Source of the DNA: Candidatus Eiseniibacteriota bacterium
Lineage (GTDB): Bacteria; Eisenbacteria; RBG-16-71-46; CAVPCR01
DNA: 64,000 bases
Direction of reading: 5' to 3'
Assembly (NCBI GenBank): GCA_963823555.1
Contig: CAWGMA010000001.1
Span: forward strand, 320,001-384,000
How positions within the stretch are numbered: position 1 is the stretch's first letter; the number at the start of each line of letters is the position of its first letter. A program made the translations under genes and the position numbers. Of the stretch, positions 51,836-64,000 are shown piece after piece. The notes beneath the pieces were generated by a model, which saw nothing but the letters and a program-made list of their open reading frames with translations, did not search any database and was not told the origin of the DNA.

Positions 51836-54499
51836 TCAACGCCGGCGGCTGAGCTGGATGGCCGCTCCGATGGCGAGCGAGCCGAGAACGACCGCCAACG
51901 CCGGCAGGGCGATGGCCAGTCCGAGGGCAAAGCTCGCCGGCTCGTAGCGCCAGGCGATCGAGTGGAGCCCGGCCTCGACCGCGACCGCGCGAAAGACGCC
52001 GAAGGCCCGGGCCGCCTGCGCCGGGGCGCCGTCCACGGCCACCCTCCATCCCGGGTAGTCCTGATCGAGAAGCACGACCCAGCCCGACGTGGGGGCGGTG
52101 AGCGAGGCCGTGACCGCCAGCGGCGAGTGCACCAACCGCCCCGCCTCCGCGGCAGGGGCGGTGGGGATGGGGGCTTCGCGGGTCAGGGCGGCCGGAGGGG
52201 GCGCCGTGATCCGCGGGTAGAGAAGGTTCACGAAACGCCACAGCGCGGGCGCAGCGACCGCGCGATTGGTGGCTGCCGGCGTGAGGGCCACCATGGATGG
52301 CAGGGCGGGTCCCGCTGCCACGCCTGGAGCTCCGGTCGTCGCCGCCCGGGCCTCCGCTCGGGCCGCAGCCACGGCCACCGAGTCATCCGCAACTTCTTGC
52401 CCATTGGCACAGAAAAAGGCGCGGGGCCAGGCGCGCCCGTAGCGCGCGATGGTCAGCGGACCTCGCTCCAGGAGCTCGAGCCCCGGGAGGGCCTGGTTGC
52501 TCACGACCTCGTCGGGTTCGATGGCGAGGACATTGATGCCGCCGGCGGCAAGGAGATCCGGATCGTACGTCGCGAGCGGCCGGCGTAGGAAGGGGGCCGA
52601 CGACATCGCCGCTTCGAAGCGCGAATGAGCCCTGCTGCCGACCGCGTCGTGCAGGCGGAAGTCCTCGATCCCGTACCCGGTCAGCGTGTTGGGAGGGAGC
52701 GCGCGGCCGGTGGGGAGCACGCGGTTGATCCCGGGTAGCGCCGCGATCTCGGTCAGCGCCGCGTTGGCGGGGAACACCTCGGCGAGCGGAATGGCCGGGA
52801 CATAGCCGCGCCCGAAGTGGGCGAGATCGATCCCGAGGTGGAGCAGGAAGGCGACGGCGAGGAGCGTCCGCGCGCGGGCCAGCCGGGCCCCGGGGCCGAT
52901 GAGCAAGGCCAGCCCGAGCCCGAGGAGCCCGCTCCACAGGAGCGCCGAGCGGATCGCCGCGAACACGAGCGGCAGCCTCGCCACGTAATGACCGACGGGC
53001 TTCGCGTAGTCGCCGGCGGCGTGGCGAGCCTCCAGTTGCCGGGCTCCAGCGGCGAGCAGGGAGTCCCGGGCCAGCGGCAGGAAGAGCCAGGCGCCGAGCG
53101 CGATCAGGGCGCCCAGGGCCAGAAGCATGAAGACGATCCGGTGCTTCAGCGCCGGCTCGCTGTGGCCGCCCTTGATCGAGCCGGGATCCGGATCCCGCCT
53201 GAGCACCACCTCGAGGCCGATGGCGCCGAGGATGGCGAGCAGGAAGGTGATCGCGAGCGTGAGTCCGGTGACGTTCGCCGAGATGCGGAACAGAGGGAAA
53301 TGCTGGGCCAGCCGCCACACCGGTGTCGGGTAGACGAGCAGGAGGGCGAGGGCGAGGACGGATCCCATCGTGATGATGAGTCGCCGGCGGCCTTGCGACT
53401 GGAAACGCACCCCCGGCCTGAGCGCGCGAACGATGGCGATCAAGGCGAGGACGAAGGTCGCCATCCCCGCGTACTGAGTGGCCACTGCATGGTAGTTGCG
53501 TGGCCCGAAGTAGGTGTTGGGTCGCTCCGGGGTGCCGTAGATCTCCGGTACCAGCAGCCCGACCAGGCATGCCGGCGGATTCCAGAACCGAGTGTCCGCT
53601 CGGTTTGACATAACTGCGCCATCACGCAGATATTCAAGGAAGGGGAGGATGGCGGGCGCGGCGATGGCCGCACCCAGGAGGTGCGCGGCCAAGAAGAATG
53701 GAAGCGCCGCGCCGCGGCGCGACCGCCCACCCGCCGTCCGGCCGTGGTCGGTCTCCGCCCCGGCTCCGGCCGGGGAGAGGAACCCCGCGGCCCCGAGGGC
53801 GAAGAAGAAGATGGAGACCAGGCCGACGTAGAGCGCGGTCTCGGGATGACCGCCGAGGAGGGCGGCGCCCTGTGCGAGCGCGAGGAGCGCAGCTGCCAGC
53901 AGCGTTCCGGCACTTCCCCTTCCGAGGCGCCACGAGAGAAGGGCGATGAGCGGCAGCCACATGCTCACGTTTGCGTTGGGATGATAGAGGAGGATCGCGA
54001 TCGAGCCTGAGCCGAGGAACGCCATCGCCGCGAAGAGCGCGGCGGCCGTTCCGATCCCGAGCTCGGTGGCCAGGAGGAACATGCCGGCCCCGGCGACCGT
54101 GAGCCGGATCGCGGTCGCGACGGCGGGTGCGCGGGGCGGATCGAAGCCGCTGGCCGCCAGCTCGGCGGGGGCCAGGGTGGCCGACTGCTGGTTGGCGAGG
54201 AGGGGCGAGCCCGTGCCCGCGTAGGGATTCCACAGGGGAGGCAATCCAGCGGCTGCGAGCTGACGTGTGAGGAGCCGCCACGGGTAGAACTGCGCGGCCT
54301 GGTCGAAGAGGAGGTAGTTGGCTGCTTCCCAGTCCGGGCGGACCTCGGCCTGCCACGGCGGAAAGCGGTAGAGGAGATCGACGCCCAGGAGCGCTCGCCC
54401 CGGGGCCAGGGCCGGGGCCAGGAAGACGGCCATCCAGAACAGGATGCCACCAAGCCCCAGGAGCCGCTTGAAGGATGGGCGGCGGGTGGCGCTCGTCAC
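51836..54499 (-). CDS. YfhO-family multi-pass membrane protein (GT-C-type glycosyltransferase)
   Basis: PLWNPY..G.P..AN.Q, GGHPE, many TMs, C-terminal YPGWRVAVDG...FRAVAVEAG.H.I...YEP. Confidence 0.85.
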   Translation of the reverse strand: MTSATRRPSFKRLLGLGGILFWMAVFLAPALAPGRALLGVDLLYRFPPWQAEVRPDWEAANYLLFDQAAQFYPWRLLTRQLAAAGLPPLWNPYAGTGSPLLANQQSATLAPAELAASGFDPPRAPAVATAIRLTVAGAGMFLLATELGIGTAAALFAAMAFLGSGSIAILLYHPNANVSMWLPLIALLSWRLGRGSAGTLLAAALLALAQGAALLGGHPETALYVGLVSIFFFALGAAGFLSPAGAGAETDHGRTAGGRSRRGAALPFFLAAHLLGAAIAAPAILPFLEYLRDGAVMSNRADTRFWNPPACLVGLLVPEIYGTPERPNTYFGPRNYHAVATQYAGMATFVLALIAIVRALRPGVRFQSQGRRRLIITMGSVLALALLLVYPTPVWRLAQHFPLFRISANVTGLTLAITFLLAILGAIGLEVVLRRDPDPGSIKGGHSEPALKHRIVFMLLALGALIALGAWLFLPLARDSLLAAGARQLEARHAAGDYAKPVGHYVARLPLVFAAIRSALLWSGLLGLGLALLIGPGARLARARTLLAVAFLLHLGIDLAHFGRGYVPAIPLAEVFPANAALTEIAALPGINRVLPTGRALPPNTLTGYGIEDFRLHDAVGSRAHSRFEAAMSSAPFLRRPLATYDPDLLAAGGINVLAIEPDEVVSNQALPGLELLERGPLTIARYGRAWPRAFFCANGQEVADDSVAVAAARAEARAATTGAPGVAAGPALPSMVALTPAATNRAVAAPALWRFVNLLYPRITAPPPAALTREAPIPTAPAAEAGRLVHSPLAVTASLTAPTSGWVVLLDQDYPGWRVAVDGAPAQAARAFGVFRAVAVEAGLHSIAWRYEPASFALGLAIALPALAVVLGSLAIGAAIQLSRRR

Positions 54500-54692
54500 C
54501 GGGTCCTCACCGGCGAGAGAAGGGAGCTGGGGTGGTGTCCGCCGGATCTTCCATGGCGAAGGCGGACGCTAGCACACTCCGGCGCCACCCGGGGGCGGGT
54601 CCCCCGGGGGCGAACGTGCTACGATCCCCGGTCGCTCCGGTGCCGCCGGGTCGCAGGCGGGCGGAGCCATCACAAGGAGGGGCCGGAAGTCC

Positions 54693-55709
54693 ATGCTCGT
54701 CGTCATGCGCCCGGGGGCGACCCCCGCAGAGGTCACCGCGGTTGAAGAGCGCGTGCGCGCCCTGGGGTTCACGCCGCACGCGATTCCCGGCGTGCACACG
54801 ACAGCCATCGGCATCACCGGCAACCCGACCGCGATCGATCCCGGTCTCTTCGAGGAGATGGCCGGTGTCTTCGAGGCGATCCAGGTCACTCATCCCTGGA
54901 AGCTCGTCAGCCGCGAAATGCGCCGGCAGGACAGCCAGGTGCAGGTCGGTGGTGTGACGATCGGCGGTCCGGAGTTGGTGGTGATCGCTGGACCCTGCGC
55001 CATCGAGAGCCTCGAGCAGACGCTCGATGTGGCCCGCACGGTACGAGCGGCGGGGGCGCAGCTTCTCCGGGGTGGGGCCTTCAAACCCCGCACCTCGCCC
55101 TACAGCTTTCAAGGTCTGGGCGAAGAGGGGCTCAAGATCCTCGCCCGGGCTCGGCAGGAGACCGGGCTTCCCGTCGTCACCGAGGCCGTGGACGAGCGCT
55201 CCTGCGACCTGGTCGAGGCGTATGCCGACATGATCCAGATCGGAGCCCGCAACATGCAGAACTTCTCCCTCTTGAAGCGGGCGGGGCGGGCGCGGAAGCC
55301 GGTGCTCCTGAAGCGGGGCATGTCGGCGACGATCGAGGAACTCCTGATGTCGGCCGAGTACATCGCTGCCGAGGGCAACCGGAACATCGTTCTCTGCGAG
55401 CGCGGGGTGCGCACCTTCGCCAATCACACGCGCAACACCCTCGATCTCTCGATCATCCCGGCCGTCAAGCGCATGAGCCACCTACCGATCATCGTCGATC
55501 CGAGCCATGGCACCGGGCGCCGGCACAAGGTGCTCCCACTCGCTCGCGCCGGCATCGCCGTGGGCGCCGATGGGGTCATGATCGAGGTGCACAACGATCC
55601 TGACCGGGCTCTTTCCGACGGCCCGCAGGCGCTCTATCCCGAGCAGTTCCGCGAGCTGATGGCGGAACTCCGCAGATTGGCGCCCGTCGTATCGCGAGCC
55701 CTGAGCTGA
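54693..55709 (+). CDS. aroF: DAHP synthase type I-beta with N-terminal regulatory domain
   Basis: IAGPCAIES, RGGAFKPRTSPYSFQG, QIGARNMQNF, LCERG, DPSH, EVH, SDG.Q. Confidence 0.95.
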   Translation: MLVVMRPGATPAEVTAVEERVRALGFTPHAIPGVHTTAIGITGNPTAIDPGLFEEMAGVFEAIQVTHPWKLVSREMRRQDSQVQVGGVTIGGPELVVIAGPCAIESLEQTLDVARTVRAAGAQLLRGGAFKPRTSPYSFQGLGEEGLKILARARQETGLPVVTEAVDERSCDLVEAYADMIQIGARNMQNFSLLKRAGRARKPVLLKRGMSATIEELLMSAEYIAAEGNRNIVLCERGVRTFANHTRNTLDLSIIPAVKRMSHLPIIVDPSHGTGRRHKVLPLARAGIAVGADGVMIEVHNDPDRALSDGPQALYPEQFRELMAELRRLAPVVSRALS

Positions 55710-55834
55710 ATGGGGCACAGCCCATGACCGGAGCGGGGAATCCGCTCGACATCACGTCGGCTCCGGCCGATAACGCCCGGTAGCGGTCTCGTCCCCCCCC
55801 GAGCCACGATCTGGCGCCACCTCACAGGAACAAC

Positions 55835-56503
55835 ATGCCATCGCCCGTCGGACATAGCCTCGCCGGCCTCGTCGTCGGCCATCTGACTCAGCTGTGGCCG
55901 GGCCGCCGCGAGGCGGCCTCCGGTCCCGGCCGGCGCTCGAAGCTGGGCGGATTGCTCTTCCTCGTGATGCTCGTCTTTGCTGCCAACGCACCCGATCTGG
56001 ACTTCCTTCCAGGTCTCCTGATCGGTGATCCCGACCGCTTCCACCATGGTCCCGCCCACAGTCTCGGCGCCGCGATCCTGTTCGGTGTGGTCTCGGGGCT
56101 CGTGGCCCGGTTGTGTCGCGCCCGCCACCCGCTGCAGGTCGGAGTGGTCATGATGCTGGCTTTCAGCTCGCATCTCTTTCTCGACATGTTCTCGCTCGAC
56201 CGCCGGCCACCCAATGGCGTACCTCTGCTGTGGCCGCTCACCGGGCACTACTACGTCGTGGCCTATCCGCTGTTCCTCGATGTCCAGAGGAGCCCCGACC
56301 AACCCAGCTTCTTCTTGAGCCTCTTCGTCGTGCACAACCTCCGGGCCATGCTCTGGGAAATGGTCGTGATGGGACTGGCCCTGGCTTTGACCCGCCTCGT
56401 GGTCTACGGTGCGCATTTGCTGGGTTGGGGAAGGCCCATGCCGGCCCCGAGCGTGCCGCCCGCCGCCCGCGAGCTGAGTCGCGAAGAGGCTCTGCGGCCG
56501 TAG
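55835..56503 (+). CDS. Membrane metal-dependent hydrolase (YdjM-like)
   Basis: SPVGHSL, APDLD, FHHGPAHSL, SHLFLD, LLWP. Confidence 0.85.
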   Translation: MPSPVGHSLAGLVVGHLTQLWPGRREAASGPGRRSKLGGLLFLVMLVFAANAPDLDFLPGLLIGDPDRFHHGPAHSLGAAILFGVVSGLVARLCRARHPLQVGVVMMLAFSSHLFLDMFSLDRRPPNGVPLLWPLTGHYYVVAYPLFLDVQRSPDQPSFFLSLFVVHNLRAMLWEMVVMGLALALTRLVVYGAHLLGWGRPMPAPSVPPAARELSREEALRP

Positions 56504-56545
56504 CGAGGCGAACCGGAGACGGGGCGGAGATCCGGGAGAGAGATC

Positions 56546-57739
56546 GTGCCGACTCATCTCGCCATCATGGATGTGACCCCCGACAAACGGGGGTCGTTCG
56601 AGAACTACGCCGTTCGCTTGGCTGAGCGCCTCGAAGCCGCGGGATGGCGCTCGATCGCCGCGTTCTGGGGTCGCCCCCCGCGCTGGCTCGAGGCCGAGCT
56701 CCGGCGCGCCGGGTCGGAGCTGCTCGTGCTCTCCGAAGAACCCGAGCTCGGAGGCCGGGACGAGTGGCCGGCCGGGCCGGCTCGGGACCTGGCCATGGCC
56801 CGGCTCTTCCGCCGGCTCGCGCGCGTCATCTCCCCCGATGTGGTGCACCTCCACTTCTGCGTCGTGTTCTCGATCCTGCCGCTGGCGCTTCACCTGGGGG
56901 GCGCTCGGCACATCGTGGCCACCGAGCACATCTCGCTGCCCTTCGCCCGGCGGTCGTTGCTTCGCGACACCGTGGCGCGCGCGCGGAACGCGGTCTCCCT
57001 CCGTCACGTCGATCGCATCCTGGCCGTGTCGGGCTGGGTGCGCGAGCGGCTACTGGTCTCCGATCATGTTGCCCCGGACAAGGTCTCGGTCCTGTACAAC
57101 GGAGTCGATCTCTCCCGATTCCAGCCGCTCGACGAGCCGGTGGCGGCCGTGCGCGAGCGGTTGGATATCCCCGCCGGGAACCAGGTCGTGATCTGTGTCG
57201 GCCAGCTCATCGACTTCAAGGGCATGAACTACCTGATCGATGCCGCTCACCTGCTCCGCGACCGACCCCACCTCACCGTGCTCGTGGTCGGGGATGGCGA
57301 TCGCCGTGATGCGCTCGCCGCACAGGTGGAGCGCCTCGATCTTGCCGGTCGCGTGCGCCTGCTCGGGAAGCGCGATGACGTGCATGCCCTCCTCGCCGCC
57401 GCCGACCTCTTCGTCTGCCCATCGGTGTGGGACGAGGCTCTGGGTTACGTGATCCTCGAGGCCATGGCCGCTGGTCTGCCGACCGTGGCCAGTCGAGTCG
57501 GCGGCATCCCGGAAGTCGTTCGCGATGGCGAGACCGGTCGCCTCGTCCCGCCGCGAGATCCAGGTGCCCTGGCGCGGGCGATCGCGGATCTCCTCGACCA
57601 GCCGGATCTGCGCGCGGTCATGGCGCGGACGGGGCGTCGCGTCGTCGAGGAGCAGTTCACCATGGACAAGGCGATCGCGGACACCGCGACGCTCTATGCC
57701 GATCTCACCGCCGACTCTCGAGCCGCGCCCGCTGGATGA
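56546..57739 (+). CDS. Glycosyltransferase family 4
   Basis: YNGVD, VGQL..FKG, PS..DEALG..ILEAMAAGLP.VAS.VGGIPE. Confidence 0.92.
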   Translation: MPTHLAIMDVTPDKRGSFENYAVRLAERLEAAGWRSIAAFWGRPPRWLEAELRRAGSELLVLSEEPELGGRDEWPAGPARDLAMARLFRRLARVISPDVVHLHFCVVFSILPLALHLGGARHIVATEHISLPFARRSLLRDTVARARNAVSLRHVDRILAVSGWVRERLLVSDHVAPDKVSVLYNGVDLSRFQPLDEPVAAVRERLDIPAGNQVVICVGQLIDFKGMNYLIDAAHLLRDRPHLTVLVVGDGDRRDALAAQVERLDLAGRVRLLGKRDDVHALLAAADLFVCPSVWDEALGYVILEAMAAGLPTVASRVGGIPEVVRDGETGRLVPPRDPGALARAIADLLDQPDLRAVMARTGRRVVEEQFTMDKAIADTATLYADLTADSRAAPAG

Positions 57740-57797
57740 GCCACCCGAAGCTGGATCCCCTGGCCTGATCGAGGCCGGATCTGATAGAATCAAGCCG

Positions 57798-58346
57798 ATG
57801 TACCGCTCCACCCGCATTCGCCGCACGCTCCTGGTAGCCACTCTTCTCGCCATCGCCCTTGGTTCCCGGAGCGCGGCCGATCCACCGGCCATCCTCACGC
57901 TGCCCGCAGCGAGTGGCCAGGTAGGAGAGCGCATCCAGATCGCGCTCGATATCGCCGACGCCGACAGCATGCAGGCGGGACAGATCGACATCGCCTATGA
58001 TCCAGACCGCGCGCGTCCCCTTCCCGAAACACTGGAGCCTGGAGCATTCGGCAGCGTGCCGCCCGCGGCGTGGATCGCCTCGACGCCGGCCGATTCCATC
58101 TTTCGCATCGTGTTCTCGACCGCCGATACGACCGGATTCGTCGGCTCCGGCACGCTCGCCCTGTTCGATGTCGACTTGCTGGGTGAAGGGACGTCGCCCC
58201 TCTCGTTCCGGACGATCGTGCTCGAGCGGGTCCCGAATCTGATCCTCCCGGCGGAGGGCATCGACGGATCGATCACGGTCATCCCGGTCCCCGTCGAGGC
58301 CCTGACCTGGGGCCGGATCAAGCAGCGCTTCGCCGGCGCTCCGTAG
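57798..58346 (+). CDS. Secreted cohesin-domain protein with C-terminal TWGxIK motif
   Basis: Signal peptide; cohesin-like pattern G..GE.I.I.L.I...AGQIDIAYDP...GSGTLA.F...G.SPLSF...DGSITV; ends PVEALTWGRIKQRFAGAP. Confidence 0.8.
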   Translation: MYRSTRIRRTLLVATLLAIALGSRSAADPPAILTLPAASGQVGERIQIALDIADADSMQAGQIDIAYDPDRARPLPETLEPGAFGSVPPAAWIASTPADSIFRIVFSTADTTGFVGSGTLALFDVDLLGEGTSPLSFRTIVLERVPNLILPAEGIDGSITVIPVPVEALTWGRIKQRFAGAP

Positions 58347-58488
58347 CCCATCACCCGCTTTCCTCCCGGTCCGGCTTCCAGTCGCGGGCGGCACCTGCCC
58401 GGCCCAAGGATTCTGTTGCCCGACCGGCCTCCGGGTGCTAACGTCTCGTGCGGTCAATGGCCTCGAGCTCTTGACCAGCGATGAATCG

Positions 58489-60360
<1,872 letters not shown>

Positions 60361-60368
<8 letters not shown>

Positions 60369-61686
60369 GCGCAAGGCGAAGGACGAATCCCCGATCACGC
60401 TCCTCATTCGCGGCGGCCGCCTCGTGGATGCGAGCGGCACCGACCGCGTGGCGGATCTCGCCATCGCCGGGGAAACGATCGCCAGGATCGGTCCCGACCT
60501 GGCGGCCGGGTCCCAGGTCGACGTCATCGACGCCAGCGGGCTCCTCGTCTTGCCCGGGTTGTGCGACATGCACGTGCATTTGCGCGAGCCGGGAGAGGAG
60601 GACAAGGAGACGGTAGCGACCGGAGCCGCGGCGGCGGTGGCCGGTGGGTTCACTGATGTGGCGTGCATGCCGAACACGCAGCCTGCGATCGACGATCAGT
60701 CGGTGGTGCGGTTCGTGCGCGAGCGGGCCAAGGCGGCCGGATTGGCCCGCGTTCATGTGATCGGTGCGGTCACCATGGGACGTGAGGGTAGACAGCTCAC
60801 CGAGATGTCGGAGCTCTGCGAGGCGGGGGCGGTTGCCTTCTCGGATGACGGGTCGCCGGTCCGCAGCGCCGAGATCATGCGCCGCGCGCTGGAGTACGGT
60901 CGCATGGTCGAGGCGCCGATCATCGATCATTGCGAGGACAAGGATCTCGCATCGCGCGGGGTCATGAACGAGGGCCGCGTTTCCACCGAGCTCGGCCTTC
61001 CCGGCATCCCCGCTGCCGCCGAAGATGTGATGGTGGCGCGCGACGTGCTCCTGGCCGAGCTCACCGATTCCCATGTCCACATCGCTCACCTCTCCACCCG
61101 CGGAGGTGTCGAAATCGTGCGTCAGGCCAAGGCGCGCGGCGTCAAGGTGACGGCCGAGGTCACGCCGCACCACCTCACGCTCACCGATGAGGCGGTCCGC
61201 AGCTACGATCCGTCGACCAAGATGAACCCGCCACTCAGGCGGGCGGCCGACGTGCTCGCGCTCCGCCAAGGTCTCGCCGACGGAACGATCGATGTCATCG
61301 CTTCGGATCACGCGCCGCACACCGACAACGAGAAAGAGCTCGAGTTCGATTGCGCTCCCTTCGGCGTCGTCGGTCTGGAGACCGCCTTCTCGCTCATGCT
61401 GACCGAACTCGTCGACAAGGACGTGCTCGACCTGCCGGGGCTCGTACGTGTGATGAGCCTTGCGCCGCGTCGCATCCTGAGGCTCCCCGGCGGTGTGCTC
61501 GCCGAGCAGGCGCCGGCCGATATCGTGATCATCGATCCCGAGGCCCTCTGGCAGGTCGATCCCACTCGCTTCCGCTCGAAATCGCGCAACACCCCCTTCA
61601 CAGGCTTCCGCCTCCGGGGTGAGGTGGTGACGACCATCGTCGGCGGCCGGCAGGTCTATGCCCGGGCCGCGGCGGGGGCCGTGTGA
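60361..61686 (+). CDS. pyrC: Dihydroorotase
   Basis: [35 protein letters not shown]. Confidence 0.96.
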
Positions 61687-62897
61687 TGGGCGAGACGCTC
61701 CATCGCGGGCATGGCCTCGCGGCTCTCGGACCGGCGGCTCTGGCTCTCGAGGACGGGCGTGTCTTTCGCGGACGCGCCGCCGGAGGCCGCGGTCTCGCGG
61801 CCGGGGAGGCGGTCTTCTGCACCGCCATGACCGGTTACCAGGAGGTCCTGACCGATCCCTCCTATGCCGGCCAGATCATCGTCATGACCTTCCCGCTCAT
61901 CGGCAATACCGGAATCAATGGGGTCGACCACGAGTCCGAGGCACCGCGGGCCACCGGGCTCGCGGTACGCAGGATCTCGCGGTACACCACCAATCATCGT
62001 GCCGAGGAGAGCCTCGCTGGATTCCTCGACCGGCTCGAGCTCCCGGCGATCGAGGAGATCGATACCCGCGCCGTGACTCGTCATCTGCGCACGCGCGGCG
62101 CGATGCGAGCGGTGCTTGCGACCGACGAGCGAGCCGAGCTCTCCGACTCCGAGCTCGTCCGGCTCGCCGCCGCGGCGCCCGGGGTCGTTGGGATCGATCG
62201 AGCGACCGGGACGAGCCGCGGGCATCTCCTCAAGGCCCTGGCCGATGGGCGCCTGGTCCCGATTGCGGGCACGGACCCGTTCGCCGGCGGGGATGGTCCG
62301 CGTCTCGCCGTTGTCGACTTCGGCGCCAAGGCGGGCATTCCACGCGCCCTGGTCGAGCGCGGAGCGCGCGTCATCGTCGTGCCGGCGACGATATCGTCGA
62401 CCGACCTGCTCGGGTTCGCTCCCGACGCCGTGGTCCTCTCCAATGGACCGGGGGATCCGGCCCCGGTCGAGTGCGGCATCGAACTGGCCCGCGCTCTTCT
62501 CGGTCACCTGCCGATTCTCGGCATCTGTCTCGGCCACCAGCTCCTGGCGCTCGCGCTGGGACTCGGAATCGAGAAACTCCATTTTGGCCACCGCGGGGCC
62601 AACCATCCGGTCCTCGATGTCGCGACCGGGCGGGTCCTCGTGACGAGCCAGAACCACGGGTTTGCCGTGGTCGCGCCGGGTCAGGGGATGAACGGCGGGG
62701 GAGCGGCGGGCGAGATCGAGATCACGCACCTGAGCCTCTTCGATTCGACCATCGAGGGGTTCAGGCACCGGGCGCTCCGCCTCTCTGCCGTGCAGTTCCA
62801 TCCCGAGGCTTCACCCGGGCCTCATGACGCCAGCGCGATCTTCGACCAGTTCCTCGCCGACCTCTCTGGAGTGCCATGCCCCGCCGTCATGATCTGA
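61686..62897 (+). CDS. carA: Carbamoyl-phosphate synthase small subunit
   Basis: [43 protein letters not shown]. Confidence 0.97.
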   Translation: MGETLHRGHGLAALGPAALALEDGRVFRGRAAGGRGLAAGEAVFCTAMTGYQEVLTDPSYAGQIIVMTFPLIGNTGINGVDHESEAPRATGLAVRRISRYTTNHRAEESLAGFLDRLELPAIEEIDTRAVTRHLRTRGAMRAVLATDERAELSDSELVRLAAAAPGVVGIDRATGTSRGHLLKALADGRLVPIAGTDPFAGGDGPRLAVVDFGAKAGIPRALVERGARVIVVPATISSTDLLGFAPDAVVLSNGPGDPAPVECGIELARALLGHLPILGICLGHQLLALALGLGIEKLHFGHRGANHPVLDVATGRVLVTSQNHGFAVVAPGQGMNGGGAAGEIEITHLSLFDSTIEGFRHRALRLSAVQFHPEASPGPHDASAIFDQFLADLSGVPCPAVMI

Positions 62898-64000
62898 ACC
62901 GCGTTCTCATCCTGGGATCAGGACCGATCGTCATCGGTCAGGCATGCGAGTTCGACTACTCGGGCACACAGGCTTGCCGTGCCCTCGGTGCGGCCGGGAT
63001 CGAGGTGATCCTCGTCAATTCGAACCCGGCGACGATCATGACCAACCCCGACATCGCCGCCCGCACCTATATCGAGCCGATCACCCCGGAGTTCGTCGAG
63101 AAGGTGATCGCCCGCGAGCGCCCGGATGCACTCCTGCCCACCCTCGGCGGACAGACCGCGCTCAACGTCGGCCTCGCGCTGGCCGAGAGCGGCGTTCTCG
63201 CCCGCTACGGCGTCGAGCTGATCGGTGCCCGCGCCGAGGTGATCGAGCGGGCCGAGGACCGGCTGGCGTTCAAGCGGGCGATGACGGAGGCCGGGCTCGA
63301 TCTGCCGCGGTCGGGCGAGGCGCGCTCGGTGGCGGAGGCCCGGGACCTGGCGGAGTCGATCGGCGGGCCGGTCATCGTGCGGCCGAGCTTCACCCTGGGC
63401 GGCGGCGGTGCCGGCATGGCCCGCGACCGGGCCGAGCTCGAGCAGGTCGTCGAGCGCGGTCTCAAGCAGAGCCCGGTGGGGCGCGTGCTCATCGAGGAGT
63501 CGGTCGCCGGCTGGAAGGAATTCGAGCTCGAGGTCATGCGTGATCACGCGGACAACGTCGTCATCGTGTGCTCGATCGAGAACATCGACCCGATGGGCGT
63601 CCATACCGGGGACTCGATCACCGTGGCCCCGGCGCTCACGCTGACCGACCGTTGCTACCAGGATCTGCGTGACAAGGCGATCCGCGTCATGCGCGCGATC
63701 GGCGTCGACACTGGAGGCGCCAACATCCAGTTCGCGGTCGACCCGGCCGACGGACGGGCAGTCGTGATCGAGATGAACCCGCGCGTGTCCCGGAGCTCCG
63801 CGCTGGCCTCGAAGGCGACCGGGTTCCCGATCGCCAAGCTCGCCGCGCTCCTGGCCGTGGGCTACACGCTCGACGAGATCAAGAACGACATCACGGGGAC
63901 CACGCCGGCGTCCTTCGAGCCGGCGCTCGACTACTGCGTGGTCAAGATCCCGCGCTTCGCCTTCGACAAGTTTCCGGCCGCCGAGCGCGTTCTCGGCCCG
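62876..64000 (+). CDS. carB: Carbamoyl-phosphate synthase large subunit (truncated by window end)
   Basis: [66 protein letters not shown]. Confidence 0.97.
   Translation, partial: MPRRHDLNRVLILGSGPIVIGQACEFDYSGTQACRALGAAGIEVILVNSNPATIMTNPDIAARTYIEPITPEFVEKVIARERPDALLPTLGGQTALNVGLALAESGVLARYGVELIGARAEVIERAEDRLAFKRAMTEAGLDLPRSGEARSVAEARDLAESIGGPVIVRPSFTLGGGGAGMARDRAELEQVVERGLKQSPVGRVLIEESVAGWKEFELEVMRDHADNVVIVCSIENIDPMGVHTGDSITVAPALTLTDRCYQDLRDKAIRVMRAIGVDTGGANIQFAVDPADGRAVVIEMNPRVSRSSALASKATGFPIAKLAALLAVGYTLDEIKNDITGTTPASFEPALDYCVVKIPRFAFDKFPAAERVLGP

Overview
High-GC bacterial chromosome segment, almost all on the + strand. It contains housekeeping operons: ssb end, tRNA-Lys, tmRNA, yggS-divIVA-yggU-punA-ileS-dksA/traR-lspA-rluD-yqgF-mltG-larE, tRNA-Val, clpB, hisS-aspS, phoH-pgpH-ybeY-CBS-CBS-recO-glyQS, aroF, and a PyrR-attenuated pyrR-pyrB-pyrC-carA-carB operon. 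Between about 12.2 and 37 kb lies a cell-envelope/secretion block. It encodes a dockerin-like secreted protein, three paralogous Cys-rich beta-sandwich (cohesin-like) secreted proteins, two tandem SurA/PrsA-type foldases, a gingipain-type C25 protease and a PorU-like C25 protein (both with T9SS-type C-terminal domains), a diguanylate cyclase, a GWxTD lipoprotein and a TonB-like protein. The gene content suggests a diderm FCB-group organism (inference). The most notable observation is a shared C-terminal motif, (A/P)VE-x-x-TWG-x-IK-x-x-(Y/F), on three secreted proteins of two different domain types. It is a candidate, apparently unnamed, protein-sorting or anchoring signal, possibly combined with a cohesin-dockerin surface system and processed by the nearby PorU-like enzyme. 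Several long, highly structured intergenic RNAs flank these genes. At least six single-base frameshifts in the first 15 kb (ileS x4, rluD, the 14.4 kb gene) look like assembly errors. No CRISPR array, integrase, transposase or phage gene was recognised. All calls come from reading the sequence; no database searches were run.
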